Source: an uncultured Acidobacteriaceae bacterium
GTDB lineage: Bacteria > Acidobacteriota > Terriglobia > Terriglobales > Acidobacteriaceae
Length of the DNA stretch: 64,000 nucleotides
Direction: 5' to 3'
NCBI GenBank assembly: GCA_963709045.1
Contig: CAVPUX010000003.1
Location: forward strand, 8,065-72,064
Shown: in pieces, positions 18,788 through 29,152 of the stretch
Position numbering within the stretch: position 1 is the stretch's first letter
How the letters are laid out: every line of letters starts with the position of its first letter
Program-made: the position numbers and the translations under genes
Notes under the pieces: model-generated
The model's database searches: none
Seen by the model: the letters and a program-made list of their open reading frames with translations, nothing else
Told to the model about the DNA's origin: nothing

Positions 18788-20239
18788 CTAGCGGCCGAAC
18801 TCCAGAACGGTGATGTCCTTGAATTGCCATACGGCGGGCGCTCCAAACACCGACTGCAGTCTGGCGGCAACCGCTGGAGAATCGTCGTGCAGATCGTCTC
18901 GACCAGGACCTTCGCGCCGAATCATGACCCAGACGTGGCGGAATCCGCGCGAGTTAGCGTTGAGCGCCTGCAGCAAGGTTTTGTCATTGTCGCCCACGCC
19001 GTAATACGGTTGAGTGAACACGCGCAAAGCCGGCGCATGCGGGTCGAGCTGGCGGTAATAATCGAACCCCACTATGGCATAGAACGGGTAGATGACGACC
19101 GCGTCCCCGGGCTGCGCTGAGGTGAGAATGACATTGGTGGCGTTGCGCCAGTCTTCGCGTGGCTTGCGATAGCCCATGATCAGGGTTGGAATCGAAGTCG
19201 CACACAACACCACTACCAGCCAAAAGCCAACATGCCGCTTCGGCAATGCGCTCATTCCACGGCCTGCCAGCATCACCGTGGCCGGAAGGCTGAAGATCAT
19301 ATACCTCTGCACGAAGACCGGATGGCGCAGCGATGCCAGTGCGGTGAGCGCGACCGGGACCACGGCCCACGAGATGACCAGCATGCCTCGCCAGTAATTG
19401 TCGGGCGTAGATTCGCCTTTACGCGCGCGGCGAATTGCAATCACCCCTGCCACCCACAGAATAGCTGACACCAGAAATTTCTCGCCACTCCCACCAAGAA
19501 ACAGCGCAAGATGCAGCAATTGCTTGGGAGTCGGTTTCGGCATCCAGGGGAAGGTCATCGCCTGTGGCGGAACGCGCAGCACATAGGTGAGTCCTGGCGC
19601 TGCAATCGCCAGAATCGCCAGGCCGTGGATGATCATTCGTGTCCAAGGCGTTGGTTTCTTGTGGAAGAACAGGGAGCAGGCTTGCGCGACCAGCACAAGG
19701 GCCCCAAAGTAGTGGCTGTAAACAGCCAGGACACCGAAGAGGGTCCAAAGGAGCCAATCTCTTTCGCGGTTTTCCTCGACCGCTCGTGCAAAGAACCATG
19801 ACGACACCAGCACCAGCAGAATCGTCATGGTGTAACTGCGGGCTTCCTGCGAGTAGTACACGTGGGTGGGACTGAACGCCAGGATGGCGGCAGACGCCAA
19901 CGCCGCTCCCACGCCGACCAATTTCCGGGCGACAAAGTAGATCAAGGGAATCGACGCGATACCGCATACAGCGGCTGGAAGGCGGACCCAGGCTTCGCTC
20001 TGGCCCAGATGGAGCCAGCCTCGCATCAACAGGAAGAAGGCGCCCTGAAAGCTGGCCTCGCCATACCACCAGACGTGTACGAAATGCGGCCATGCCATTC
20101 GCGCCAACGTCACCGTGGCGCCTTCATCCAGCCAGATGCTTTTTGCGCCGAGGTGGAAGAGACGGAAGGCAGCACCGGCGAGGGTCAGAAAAGTCAGAAG
20201 CAAGACCCGGTCGCGGCGGGAGAATTCTGCAGCCGTCAT
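18788..20239 (-). CDS. glycosyltransferase family 39 (ArnT/PMT_2-like) membrane protein
   Basis: Multi-TM protein: ...FRLFHLGAKSIWLDEGATV...AFSPTHVYYSQEARSYT.... Start is Met27 (20239); the longest ORF reaches 20317. Confidence 0.8.
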   Translation of the reverse strand: MTAAEFSRRDRVLLLTFLTLAGAAFRLFHLGAKSIWLDEGATVTLARMAWPHFVHVWWYGEASFQGAFFLLMRGWLHLGQSEAWVRLPAAVCGIASIPLIYFVARKLVGVGAALASAAILAFSPTHVYYSQEARSYTMTILLVLVSSWFFARAVEENRERDWLLWTLFGVLAVYSHYFGALVLVAQACSLFFHKKPTPWTRMIIHGLAILAIAAPGLTYVLRVPPQAMTFPWMPKPTPKQLLHLALFLGGSGEKFLVSAILWVAGVIAIRRARKGESTPDNYWRGMLVISWAVVPVALTALASLRHPVFVQRYMIFSLPATVMLAGRGMSALPKRHVGFWLVVVLCATSIPTLIMGYRKPREDWRNATNVILTSAQPGDAVVIYPFYAIVGFDYYRQLDPHAPALRVFTQPYYGVGDNDKTLLQALNANSRGFRHVWVMIRREGPGRDDLHDDSPAVAARLQSVFGAPAVWQFKDITVLEFGR

Positions 20240-20328
20240 GGGGAATCGCTTCGATGCAGGATGGGCGAGCGGACGCTCGCTGGCCGCGGGCATAAGCAGT
20301 AATCCTAGTCGGTGCAACGCGTTGCCGC

Positions 20329-20389
20329 TATAGGGGATCCTTCAACTCCGTCGCGCAACTGCGGCGCGGCTGCGCTCAGGATGACAAGC
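20329..20389 (-). repeat. intergenic repeat, family TGTCATCCTGAGCG...GGAGTYGAAGGAYCCCTA (copy 1)
   Basis: Reverse complement reads gcTTGTCATCCTGAGCGCAGCcgcgccgcagttgcgcgaCGGAGTTGAAGGATCCCCTAta. It shares both termini with the copies at 24071, 44390 and 44534. Confidence 0.85.
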
Positions 20390-20414
20390 AATACACCAGT
20401 CACAGCCAACGATC

Positions 20415-22631
20415 CTAGCGTGCTCGGGCGAGTACTAAGGTCACGTCGTCTGGCTGTTCACCGCCGGCAATCCAGTCGGTAACGGCGCCGGTCACCAGTT
20501 CGCTAATGCGTGCCAATGACTGATCGCGATGTGCCTGAATTAGCTCAATCAAACGCTCCTCGCCGAATTCGCCAAACTCGTTCTCTGGCTCGGTGACGCC
20601 GTCGCTGTAGGCGACGAACATATCTCCCGGCTCCATGCCGATCGTGCTTTCGTTGTAGCTCATTCCATCGAATAGACCCACCACCGTACCTGAAGTTTCC
20701 AAACGCCTGACCTGGCCGTTGTTGCTCAAAATCAGTGGAGGAAGGTGCCCGGCGTTGGAATAGGTGAGGGAGCGCGAGCCTGCGTTGAAGCAGCCCAGGA
20801 ACATGGTCGCGTACTTCTCCGGCGGCGTGCTGCGATAGAGCTGATAGTTCAGCGTAGCCATCAGCAATCCCGGAGCCAGTTCGGAATCGTTAACGCCGTC
20901 GCCGCGATAGTACATGGGAAGCGCGCTGTCCTTAGGCAGTCCGGCGTCGAGTGCTACTGACGCCAGGGTCCGCTCCGGCTCCAGCGAGTAAGCACGAACA
21001 AACGCGTGTACCGTCGCCATCAACAGCGCAGCCGAAATACCTTTGCCGCTGATGTCGCCTACCGCCAGCACAAGCCTGTCTTCGCGTAGCGGAATGAAAT
21101 CGTAATAGTCGCCGCTAACGGTACGTGCCGGTCGGCACACTCCGTGCACCTCAAGCATGGGCAGGCCGGACAAATCAGCAGGGAAGAGCAGGGTTTGCAC
21201 TTCGTGTGCAATTGCCAGCTCGCTCTCCAGACGCTGTTTCTCCTTTTGCTCGTTCATCAAGGTCGACAGCGACTGCGTCATGGAGTTAAACGACCCTTCC
21301 AAGGCGGCCATCTGATCGTGGGTGCGGACTTTGATGCGATGAGCCAGGTCACCGCGATTCACGTGCTGCGTGGCCACGTAAAGGTCAGCCACGGACTTGG
21401 TGATGCTGCGACTGAGGCGCATGCCGATGAACAGCGCAATCAGCTCAATGATGCCAAAAAAGATTGCGATGCCGACAAGACCATCAAGAAATATCTCGGC
21501 CTTATCTCCCAATGCGTTAAACAGAGTTCCGTACAGCATTGAGGGCCGGGTATCCACCAGCACCAGGCCGGTTAGCGACTTTCCTGTGTGCCAATCAATC
21601 GGACTGAATCGTGTGGCAAACGGAATGTGCACGTCGAAGGCGTTCGCGGGGGCTGGAACGCGGCCGGCCTCCACCCTCGAGCTTGTATTTCCCCCCGATA
21701 AGCTCACTGTCGAGTGCGCGTCGCCCACGTCAACGTCCAGCTTGTCTTTGCTCAGGTTGTATCTTTTGGTTGTCGGCGACGATTTAGGAGTGGAAGCGGA
21801 ACCGCCCGATGCAGCCTTGGATTGCGGCTCCGTGTCTTCCACGTCTGGAGGAAGCACGGTTACCGATCCCAGTTGCGACGTGGCTGTTCGCAGTAGCTGC
21901 GGGGTGACCGGCACATTGGAGATCACTGTCAGGTAATGAGAACCGGCTTCCACGTGTTTGACCACGCGCAGGTGGAGGCGTTTGCCGTCGAGCACAAACC
22001 CTGCAAAATCTCCCTGGATTGCAGTCGACGGTCGAACTGGCGCAATGTCTGGCGCTGGTCGGCCGGCCGCCAGCACAAAAGGTTTGTCTCCGTCCCACAC
22101 GCTTACTACGCGATTGCGGAAGTTCTCGTCAGAAGCGCTGGAGATCTCGGCGGCAATCTGCTCGTTCAACTTTTCAGAGCGCGCCAAACTACGAAACTGC
22201 ACAGCCAGCGACCGGTTGGCCGACTCCAAGTGGTGCAATTCCGACTGCAAATCCGACATGGCGACGTAGGTTGCAAATTGTCCCGCAAACAGATACCCAG
22301 CGAGAAGCGCCATCATCACCAGCAAAATGACAGGAATCACGCCGATGAAGACGTAGGTGACGATTAAGCGATTACGCAGGCGCCACATCAGCCGCTGCCG
22401 CACCCAGCGCAGGAACATGAGCGCCGCGCAAACAGCGAAGATGAAGATCAGGAAGGTGGCCCAGCCGCTCAGCATGGTCCCACTGGGCGAGCGGAAGATG
22501 AGGCGCAGCCCCTCGAGGATCAACGCCAGCGCACCAAACCACAATGTCGTGCGCCCTAACTTGGTTTTGGGGCGCAGCACCCTTCGCAGCCGGGTCTTGA
22601 TCTCTCTGGACTCTGGAAGCTTTAACACCAT
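20415..22631 (-). CDS. membrane sensor PP2C-type serine phosphatase (HAMP + SpoIIE/RsbU domain)
   Basis: 738 aa. TM helices, a large extracytoplasmic region, HAMP (ITKSVADLYVATQHVNRGDLAHRI) and a PP2C core (SGDYYDF...VGDISGKGISAALLM...AYSDGVTE...DDVTLVLAR). Confidence 0.9.
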   Translation of the reverse strand: MVLKLPESREIKTRLRRVLRPKTKLGRTTLWFGALALILEGLRLIFRSPSGTMLSGWATFLIFIFAVCAALMFLRWVRQRLMWRLRNRLIVTYVFIGVIPVILLVMMALLAGYLFAGQFATYVAMSDLQSELHHLESANRSLAVQFRSLARSEKLNEQIAAEISSASDENFRNRVVSVWDGDKPFVLAAGRPAPDIAPVRPSTAIQGDFAGFVLDGKRLHLRVVKHVEAGSHYLTVISNVPVTPQLLRTATSQLGSVTVLPPDVEDTEPQSKAASGGSASTPKSSPTTKRYNLSKDKLDVDVGDAHSTVSLSGGNTSSRVEAGRVPAPANAFDVHIPFATRFSPIDWHTGKSLTGLVLVDTRPSMLYGTLFNALGDKAEIFLDGLVGIAIFFGIIELIALFIGMRLSRSITKSVADLYVATQHVNRGDLAHRIKVRTHDQMAALEGSFNSMTQSLSTLMNEQKEKQRLESELAIAHEVQTLLFPADLSGLPMLEVHGVCRPARTVSGDYYDFIPLREDRLVLAVGDISGKGISAALLMATVHAFVRAYSLEPERTLASVALDAGLPKDSALPMYYRGDGVNDSELAPGLLMATLNYQLYRSTPPEKYATMFLGCFNAGSRSLTYSNAGHLPPLILSNNGQVRRLETSGTVVGLFDGMSYNESTIGMEPGDMFVAYSDGVTEPENEFGEFGEERLIELIQAHRDQSLARISELVTGAVTDWIAGGEQPDDVTLVLARAR

Positions 22632-22742
22632 AAGGTCTTGGAATTATTGCCGTTCGATGGCGTTCGGCGCCAGTCTTAGAATACGGTTGGTCGCCGGGAA
22701 ACGTTTCAACACGTATGAAATTTATGAAGCCGGAGCGCTCAC

Positions 22743-22943
22743 TTAGATTTCCGGATAAAGATCAAAAAAGGCCTCCACACTTTGTCGTAACTGCCGCTCG
22801 ATCTCCTCTTTCGAGCCTTCAATGATATGCAGCGTCACGTGCGCCTCGTGGCCGTTTTTCAGCTTCACCGCGCCCTCGCCTACTTCGGTGACTTCTTCTG
22901 ACGGTAGAAGGCGCATTCCATATACCAGGGTCAACTTTGCCAT
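22743..22943 (-). CDS. small hypothetical protein (66 aa)
   Basis: Only ORF in a 480-nt gap. Protein-like composition (MAKLTLVYGMRLLPSEEVTEVGEGAVKLKNGHEAHVTLHIIEGSKEEIERQL...). No recognisable family. Confidence 0.5.
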   Translation of the reverse strand: MAKLTLVYGMRLLPSEEVTEVGEGAVKLKNGHEAHVTLHIIEGSKEEIERQLRQSVEAFFDLYPEI

Positions 22944-22974
22944 GCCACGATTCTAAATGTTTCCCAAACTGCAG

Positions 22975-22988
22975 GCACTTGTTAGAAT
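22975..22988 (+). promoter_or_regulatory. possible extended -10 promoter element for trxB
   Basis: cacTTGtTAGAAT: TGnTAGAAT about 120 nt upstream of the trxB ATG. Pattern only. Confidence 0.25.
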
Positions 22989-23107
22989 CCGGACGGCGGC
23001 ATTCTGCACGTCCAAGTTTTTGAGCGGCAAGCCGTTATTTCTGTGCGGGCGCTCACGATGGGTGTGGTTGCATCTTCCAGCGCGAAGCGGAATCTAACTC
23101 CAGTCCT

Positions 23108-24061
23108 ATGCCAGACAATGTGCGTAACGTCATCATCATCGGCTCCGGGTGTTCCGGACTGACCGCCGCGATCTATGCTGCCCGCGCCAACCTTAGCCCG
23201 CTGGTCATTGATGGCCATGAGCCCGGCGGACAGCTTGCTATCACTACGCTGGTGGAGAATTTCCCCGGGTTTCCGGACGGCATTCAGGGCCCGGAACTCA
23301 TCGAGAACATGCGCAAGCAAGCGATGCGCTTTGGCGCCGAGTTTTTCGCCGGACACGTTGCTAAGTTGGATCTCAGCCAAAAAGGCCCTGAGGGCAAGAA
23401 GCCCATCGAGGTCAATCTAGGCCGCGAGACGTTGTTGACGCGCACTCTCATCATTGCCAGCGGCGCATCGGCGCGCTGGTTGGGCCTTGCGAACGAGCAG
23501 GCACTCATCGGTCACGGCGTGTCCTCTTGCGCTACCTGCGATGGCTTTTTCTTCTCGGGCAAAGAGATTGCCGTTATCGGCGGTGGCGACTCGGCCATGG
23601 AAGAGGCTCTGTTCCTCACTCGCTTTGCAACCAAGGTAACGCTTATTCATCGTCGTGGCGAGTTTCGCGCCTCCAAGATTATGCTGGACCGCGCACGCAA
23701 GCACGAGCAAATTGAGTTTCTCACCGACACAGTCGTGGACGACGTCTTCGACGCGAACAAAAAGGAAGTTACCGGACTGCGTCTGCGCAATCTGAAGAGT
23801 GGCGAACAGTGGGACCTTCCGGTCAGCGCGATGTTTCTAGGCATCGGGCATACGCCCAACGCACAATTTGTGGGTGAGCAGCTTGATCGCGATGGCGATG
23901 GGTATCTGATTCCCGACGGGTATGTTGGTTCACGAGCGCCGGGAGTATTCATCAGCGGCGACGTGGCCGATCGCCACTATCGGCAGGCCGTTACTGCGGC
24001 AGGAACAGGTTGCATGGCTGCTCTTGAAGCCGAGAAGTACCTGGAAGAGATCGGGAAATAA
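23108..24061 (+). CDS. trxB: thioredoxin-disulfide reductase
   Basis: 317 aa. GSGCSGLTAAIYAAR FAD site, redox-active CATCDG, NADPH site VIGGGDSAMEEA, and C-terminal GDV..R.YRQAVTAAGTGCMAAL. Confidence 0.95.
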   Translation: MPDNVRNVIIIGSGCSGLTAAIYAARANLSPLVIDGHEPGGQLAITTLVENFPGFPDGIQGPELIENMRKQAMRFGAEFFAGHVAKLDLSQKGPEGKKPIEVNLGRETLLTRTLIIASGASARWLGLANEQALIGHGVSSCATCDGFFFSGKEIAVIGGGDSAMEEALFLTRFATKVTLIHRRGEFRASKIMLDRARKHEQIEFLTDTVVDDVFDANKKEVTGLRLRNLKSGEQWDLPVSAMFLGIGHTPNAQFVGEQLDRDGDGYLIPDGYVGSRAPGVFISGDVADRHYRQAVTAAGTGCMAALEAEKYLEEIGK

Positions 24062-24070
24062 GCCGGCAGC

Positions 24071-24137
24071 GATAGGGGTCCTTCGACTCCGCACGAGTCC
24101 GCCACAGCGGACTCGCGCTCCGCTCAGGATGACAATC
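24071..24137 (-). repeat. intergenic repeat, family TGTCATCCTGAGCG...GGAGTCGAAGGACCCCTA (copy 2)
   Basis: Reverse complement reads gaTTGTCATCCTGAGCGGAGCgcgagtccgctgtggcggactcgtgCGGAGTCGAAGGACCCCTAtc, with an internal hairpin gagtccgc/gcggactc. Confidence 0.85.
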
Positions 24138-24161
24138 TCAACCGGCGGAAATGACCGGCAT

Positions 24162-25031
24162 ATGGTTGCCTCACCTATAGACGATTTCGTCCGTGCTGAA
24201 CAGGCGGCGCAATTCATTCTTCAGAGCACCAGTCTGCGTCCGCGTATCGGCTTGGTGTTGGGATCAGGACTTGGGGCCGTCGCCAACGGGCTAAGGGATG
24301 CGCTCGCGATCCCCTACGAAGAAATTCCACATTTTCCGAAAAGCACTGTCGAGGGCCACGCGGGAGTACTTGCCATCGGGATCCTCGACAACATTCCCTT
24401 GGCGATGCTGCAAGGTCGCGTTCATCTATACGAAGGCTATTCCTCTGGCCAGATTGTTCTTCCCGTGCGCGCGCTGGCGCGCATGGGAGTGCGTGCTCTG
24501 GTGCTGACCAACGCCGCCGGTGGAATCGCCCCGGCGTATAGCCGCGGCGCGCTGGTCGTCATCCGCGATCACATCAATCTGCAGGGACGGAACCCGCTAA
24601 TAGGCCCAAACGACGACCGCCTTGGATTGCGACATCCCGACATGACCGACGCTTACAACGCGCAATTCCGGTTGTTCGTTCGTGATGAAGCGGAACGATT
24701 GGGCGAAGGTATTCACGAAGGCGTATATGCGGCGGTGTTGGGACCGAACTTTGAAACTCCGGCGGAGATTCGTTTCCTGCGCACCATCGGCGCGGACCTG
24801 GTCGGGATGTCAACCGTGCTCGAAGTGATTGCGGCACGGCATCTGGGCATGGAGGTACTGGCAATCTCCTGCGTGACCAACATGGCCGCCGGCATGACCG
24901 GCGAAAAGATTACCACCGAGGAAGTAGTGGAGACCGGTGAACGGCTGAGCGGCAAGTTTCTCGCGCTGTTGCGTGCGGTGCTGCCCAGAATTGACGGCTA
25001 TATCAGAAGCCGCTCAACACAATCTGACTAA
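24162..25031 (+). CDS. punA: purine nucleoside phosphorylase (PNP/MTAP family)
   Basis: Met81 of track ORF. ...RIGLVLGSGLG...FPKSTVEGHAG...GRVHLYEGY...TNAAGG...GPNFETPAEIRFLRTIGADLVGMSTVLEVIAARHLGM. Confidence 0.9.
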   Translation: MVASPIDDFVRAEQAAQFILQSTSLRPRIGLVLGSGLGAVANGLRDALAIPYEEIPHFPKSTVEGHAGVLAIGILDNIPLAMLQGRVHLYEGYSSGQIVLPVRALARMGVRALVLTNAAGGIAPAYSRGALVVIRDHINLQGRNPLIGPNDDRLGLRHPDMTDAYNAQFRLFVRDEAERLGEGIHEGVYAAVLGPNFETPAEIRFLRTIGADLVGMSTVLEVIAARHLGMEVLAISCVTNMAAGMTGEKITTEEVVETGERLSGKFLALLRAVLPRIDGYIRSRSTQSD

Positions 25032-25078
25032 CGGCATTGTCACAAGCCTGCCGACCTCTGCGCTACACTACATTGCGC

Positions 25079-25723
25079 ATGTCAGGGGAAATATATCTCA
25101 TCGGTATTACCGGTCCTTCAGGCGCGGGGAAGACCTACCTGTCCGCCCATCTCGCCACGATCCTCCACGCCAGAGTGCTGGCGCTTGACCGCTACTATCG
25201 GGACTTGTCGCATTTATCTCCCGAGCAGCGGGCGCGAATGAATTTCGATGCTCCCGAAGCGCTCGATCAGGAACTCATTGTTGAGCAAGTTACGAGCCTG
25301 CGCAACAACCAGGCTGTGCGGTTGCCTACTTATGACTTCGCGACCCATACACGGACGCGGAGGACAGAGGAGCTTCGTCCGTCGGCCGTGGTTATTATTG
25401 AGGGGCTATTTACACTGCATTGGCCCAAGCTGCGCGAATTGCTGGGCACTAAGGTCTTTGTGGACATGAATGACGAAGTTTGCATGACGCGACGCCAGGC
25501 ACGCGATGTACGCGAACGTGGACGCACTGCCGAGTCTGTTGTGTCGCAATATGCCGCAACCGTCGCTCCCATGGCGCAACGCTACGTGCGTCCCACCATT
25601 GTTCATGCGGACGTCGTGGTCTCGGGAAGCGAGCCTATTGGCGAGGGGGTCGACCGGGTGCTGGCGCACTATCGGAGCCAAATTGCCAACGCGCACCATT
25701 ACGCTGATCAGGCGCCGCGCTAG
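25079..25723 (+). CDS. udk: uridine kinase
   Basis: P-loop IGITGPSGAGKT, NFDAPEALD, YDF..H.R, VIIEGLF and RR..RD..ERGR motifs. ATG at 25079 preferred over the TTG at 25037. Confidence 0.85.
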   Translation: MSGEIYLIGITGPSGAGKTYLSAHLATILHARVLALDRYYRDLSHLSPEQRARMNFDAPEALDQELIVEQVTSLRNNQAVRLPTYDFATHTRTRRTEELRPSAVVIIEGLFTLHWPKLRELLGTKVFVDMNDEVCMTRRQARDVRERGRTAESVVSQYAATVAPMAQRYVRPTIVHADVVVSGSEPIGEGVDRVLAHYRSQIANAHHYADQAPR

Positions 25724-25749
25724 TTTATGCTCCCAATCATGAGGTACGA

Positions 25750-28542
25750 ATGAAGGCCCGCGCCACCTGCTTTGCTCTTGCACTAATCTGCCTGCTTGCG
25801 TCGTCTGGCAGTGCGCAAACCTCCACGCACGACAAGGAGATAAAGTTACCTTCCGGCAAACTGCTGTCGTTGCCTGCACCGGGAGGGCCGCAGAGCACCA
25901 ACAGTTTTCCCACTGCCGTGGCGCTCAGCCCGGATGGAAAGTACCTAGCCATTTTGAATAACGGATACGGCACGGCCGAGTCCAGGTTTAAACAGTCAAT
26001 TGCTTTGCTGGACTTAACGAGCAATCAATTGCGCGACTTTCCGGATCCCCGTCTTGCGCTTCACGCCAAGCAGTCGTATTTTCTCGGACTGGCCTGGAGC
26101 ACCGATGGAACCAATCTGTATGCTTCGATCGCCTCGCTGACTGATCCTGACGGAAAAAAACGTGGCGATACGGGAAATGGAGTCGCCGTGTATCGCTTGC
26201 AAAACGGTACGCTGCTAGCCGACCGCTTCCTCAAGCTACCTCTGGCTCCGCTTGGCCACGGCAAACAATTTACTTACAACCCGAAGAGCGTCGCGGCCGG
26301 TGTCGCCAATCCCTATCCTGCGGGGCTGGCTGTGGTGAAGCGCGAAAACGGCGATGCGCTGCTGATTGCTGAGAACCTTGCTGACGACGCGGTGTTGTTG
26401 GACACCCGCAGCGGCAAGGTGCTCCAACGTTTCGACCTGAGCCACGGTAAGTACGTTCCTACGAGCTTTCCATACGGCGTGGTGGTCAGCGCCGATGGCA
26501 GCCGGGGATGGTGTTCGCTATGGAACGCGTCGCAAGTCGCAGAGCTGGATCTGCGCTCTGGGAAAGTTGTACGACAGATCGCGCTGATGCCGCCGGAACG
26601 CGAGATCGATGTCTCCTCCCATGCAACAGCGCTATTGTTGAGTCCAGATCAACGCCATCTCTACGTGACCCTCTCCAACCGCGACGCAGTTGCGGTGGTC
26701 TCAACCGCAGACGCAGAGGTCGAGCGCTATCTCAGCACCAGTTTGCCGGGACAGACTTATGGCGGCAGCTATCCCAACGCGCTTGCCCAATCCCCGGATG
26801 GAAGTAAGCTGTACGTCGCCGATGCATCGGCCGATGCAATCGCGGTATTTGATACGCGGTCCGCTAATGTACGGATTGCGGAGTACTTCATCCCCACGGA
26901 GTGGTATCCGACCGCCGTAGTGGCCCATGGCGGCGAATTGCTAATTGCGAGCGGCAAAGGGGAGGGAACAGGCCCTAATGCGGGTTGGGAAGACAACCCC
27001 GAGCGTCCGGGAAAACGCAGCCATCCCTACATCGCGACACTGATCCATGGGTCGATCGCCCGAGTGTCGTTGACCGACGCGGAAGCTCATCACGACAAGC
27101 TCACCGAGGAAGTGCTTCGCGGCAATCAGTTGGAAGGGCGCACCGGCGTCATCAGCTTTCAACACGGCGAGAATCCCATCCATCATGTGATCTACATCAT
27201 CAAGGAAAATCGCACCTACGATCAGCTCTTCGGCGACATCCCGGAGGCGAACGGCGATCCTTCGCTGGTGATGTACGGGATGGATATCACTCCGAACCAG
27301 CACAAACTGGCGCGGCAGTTCGGAATTCTCGATAACTTTTACGATAGCGGCGAGGTCTCCGGCGACGGGCATTCGTGGTCTACCGCCGCCATCACCAGCG
27401 ACTATAACGAGAAGACGTGGGAGATCACCTATCGCGGCAAAGAGCACAATTACGACTATGAGGGATTCGTTGGTGATTCCAATCCCATGACCATCGGCAT
27501 TCCCGACGTGAATGAGCCGGGAACAGGTTACTTGTGGGGCAATCTGGCTCGGCACAATCTGACGTACCGAAACTACGGCGAATACGTGAACACCTGGTGG
27601 TGTGAAGAGATTACCCAGAACAGCCCGGCTGCCGACGCAGCTTCTCCCGCTCATCCGCTCGATTGCGCGCGTAAGGACGTAAAGCCTGGCGAGGACCTGC
27701 CTAAAAAGCTGGGCGGAGGCAAGAGTCCTTACCAATACAAGATTCCGATCATCGCCTACGACGCAGCCAACAAGCCGGAGTTGCGTGGGCATTTCGATCC
27801 CAACTTTGCGGACTTCAATGTGAATTATCCCGACCAGTTTCGCGCCGACGAGTTCTTGCGTGAGTTTGGAGAGTTCGTGCACGCCCGTGAGAGTGGCACG
27901 GGCGTGCAATTGCCCAGCTTCGTGCTCCTGCGCTTGCCCGATGATCACACTGCCGGCACACGTCCGGGATCGCCCACGCCGAATGCTTCCATCGCCGACA
28001 ACGACCTCGCGGTTGGGCGCGTGGTGGAAGCCGTTTCCAGTAGTCCCTATTGGGCCGATACGGCAATCTTCATTCTGGAGGACGATGCGCAAGACGGCGC
28101 TGATCACGTGGACGCGCACCGCAGTATTGCGCTGGTGATCAGCAAGTATTCACCCGGCACGCCACAACAACTTTCCGTGGACCATCATTTCTACACCACG
28201 GTTAACCTGATCCACACGATGGAAGTTCTGCTGGGACTTCCCCCCATGAACAACAATGACGCCTATGCCCCCGTAATGACGCCCTTGTTCACCGGAGCAA
28301 GTGAGCAGCCGGCATTCAAGGCTGACTATCGCAACCGTGACAACGGAATGATCTATGAGGCGAATACGGCGAACGCGCACGGAGCTAAGCAGTCTGCCAA
28401 GTTGAATTTCAAGGTCGCAGATGCCGCGGACACAAATGTGCTAAATGCCATATTGTGGAGGGCAGCCAAAGGCGGGGTGCCGATGCCCGCACCGCGTCAC
28501 ACCGTCTTTCCGGCGGGAAGCGAGGACGAGGCAGATAAATAG
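25750..28542 (+). CDS. exported bifunctional YncE-like beta-propeller / phosphoesterase (phospholipase-C/acid-phosphatase family) protein
   Basis: 930 aa with a signal peptide. N-terminal half has repeated SPDG..LYV propeller blades. C-terminal half begins HVIYIIKENRTYDQLFGD and contains DDAQDGADHVDAHRS, typical of the phosphoesterase family. Confidence 0.85.
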   Translation: MKARATCFALALICLLASSGSAQTSTHDKEIKLPSGKLLSLPAPGGPQSTNSFPTAVALSPDGKYLAILNNGYGTAESRFKQSIALLDLTSNQLRDFPDPRLALHAKQSYFLGLAWSTDGTNLYASIASLTDPDGKKRGDTGNGVAVYRLQNGTLLADRFLKLPLAPLGHGKQFTYNPKSVAAGVANPYPAGLAVVKRENGDALLIAENLADDAVLLDTRSGKVLQRFDLSHGKYVPTSFPYGVVVSADGSRGWCSLWNASQVAELDLRSGKVVRQIALMPPEREIDVSSHATALLLSPDQRHLYVTLSNRDAVAVVSTADAEVERYLSTSLPGQTYGGSYPNALAQSPDGSKLYVADASADAIAVFDTRSANVRIAEYFIPTEWYPTAVVAHGGELLIASGKGEGTGPNAGWEDNPERPGKRSHPYIATLIHGSIARVSLTDAEAHHDKLTEEVLRGNQLEGRTGVISFQHGENPIHHVIYIIKENRTYDQLFGDIPEANGDPSLVMYGMDITPNQHKLARQFGILDNFYDSGEVSGDGHSWSTAAITSDYNEKTWEITYRGKEHNYDYEGFVGDSNPMTIGIPDVNEPGTGYLWGNLARHNLTYRNYGEYVNTWWCEEITQNSPAADAASPAHPLDCARKDVKPGEDLPKKLGGGKSPYQYKIPIIAYDAANKPELRGHFDPNFADFNVNYPDQFRADEFLREFGEFVHARESGTGVQLPSFVLLRLPDDHTAGTRPGSPTPNASIADNDLAVGRVVEAVSSSPYWADTAIFILEDDAQDGADHVDAHRSIALVISKYSPGTPQQLSVDHHFYTTVNLIHTMEVLLGLPPMNNNDAYAPVMTPLFTGASEQPAFKADYRNRDNGMIYEANTANAHGAKQSAKLNFKVADAADTNVLNAILWRAAKGGVPMPAPRHTVFPAGSEDEADK

Positions 28543-28619
28543 CCGCGCCGCGGAAGCTGGGTCCTGAATGTGGGAGTTCGGATGGTGAACGGACCTTTCA
28601 TGGAGTGTGCACCCAGGAA

Positions 28620-28940
28620 TTATCCGCTGACCTCTCCCGCCAGCCAAGCCAGATACTCTTCACTGCCGCCCTGCACGGCCAATTCGACGCATTCCGGCAA
28701 CTCGTAAGGGTGCAGTTCCTTGAACGCCGACCGCAGTTGCGCGGCGTGTTCGGTGGTCGTCTTGATTACCAGCAGATACTCTGGCTCGTTTGCGATGTTT
28801 TGCTTCCAGCGGTAAACGGAACGGATCGGTCCGACGATGTTCACACACGCCGCCAATCTGCGCTCTACCAACTGCAAGGCCAGTTTGTCGGCGTCTTGCT
28901 TTTGTCCGATTGTCGTAAGCACTATGCGCGCGCTGGTCAT
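28620..28940 (-). CDS. cutA: divalent-cation tolerance protein CutA
   Basis: 106 aa. ...LAACVNIVGPIRSVYRWKQNI..EPEYLLVIKT...HPYELPE. Confidence 0.9.
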   Translation of the reverse strand: MTSARIVLTTIGQKQDADKLALQLVERRLAACVNIVGPIRSVYRWKQNIANEPEYLLVIKTTTEHAAQLRSAFKELHPYELPECVELAVQGGSEEYLAWLAGEVSG

Positions 28941-29152
28941 CCGCTACCCCCGCCGTGAAGATTTGGGTTCAGACTGTACCACGGCAGGAAATCAAAATTG
29001 CGGCCAGTGATTGGGCAAACAATCCCGGGAGTCATTTGGCGATCTTGGTTCCCCCTCCATTTTCGAGGCAAGTTGCGCTTGACGCCCGAGGTCATTCGGA
29101 AGTTCACTAGAAAATTAGCGTTACGCCGGGCGACAGATTTGCGAATATTGAA

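Noticed and set aside
26941-28119. 392-aa minus-strand ORF inside the propeller/phosphoesterase gene
   Set aside because: It is an antisense shadow of a well-supported 930-aa CDS, with no motifs and Arg/Gly/Val-rich composition.
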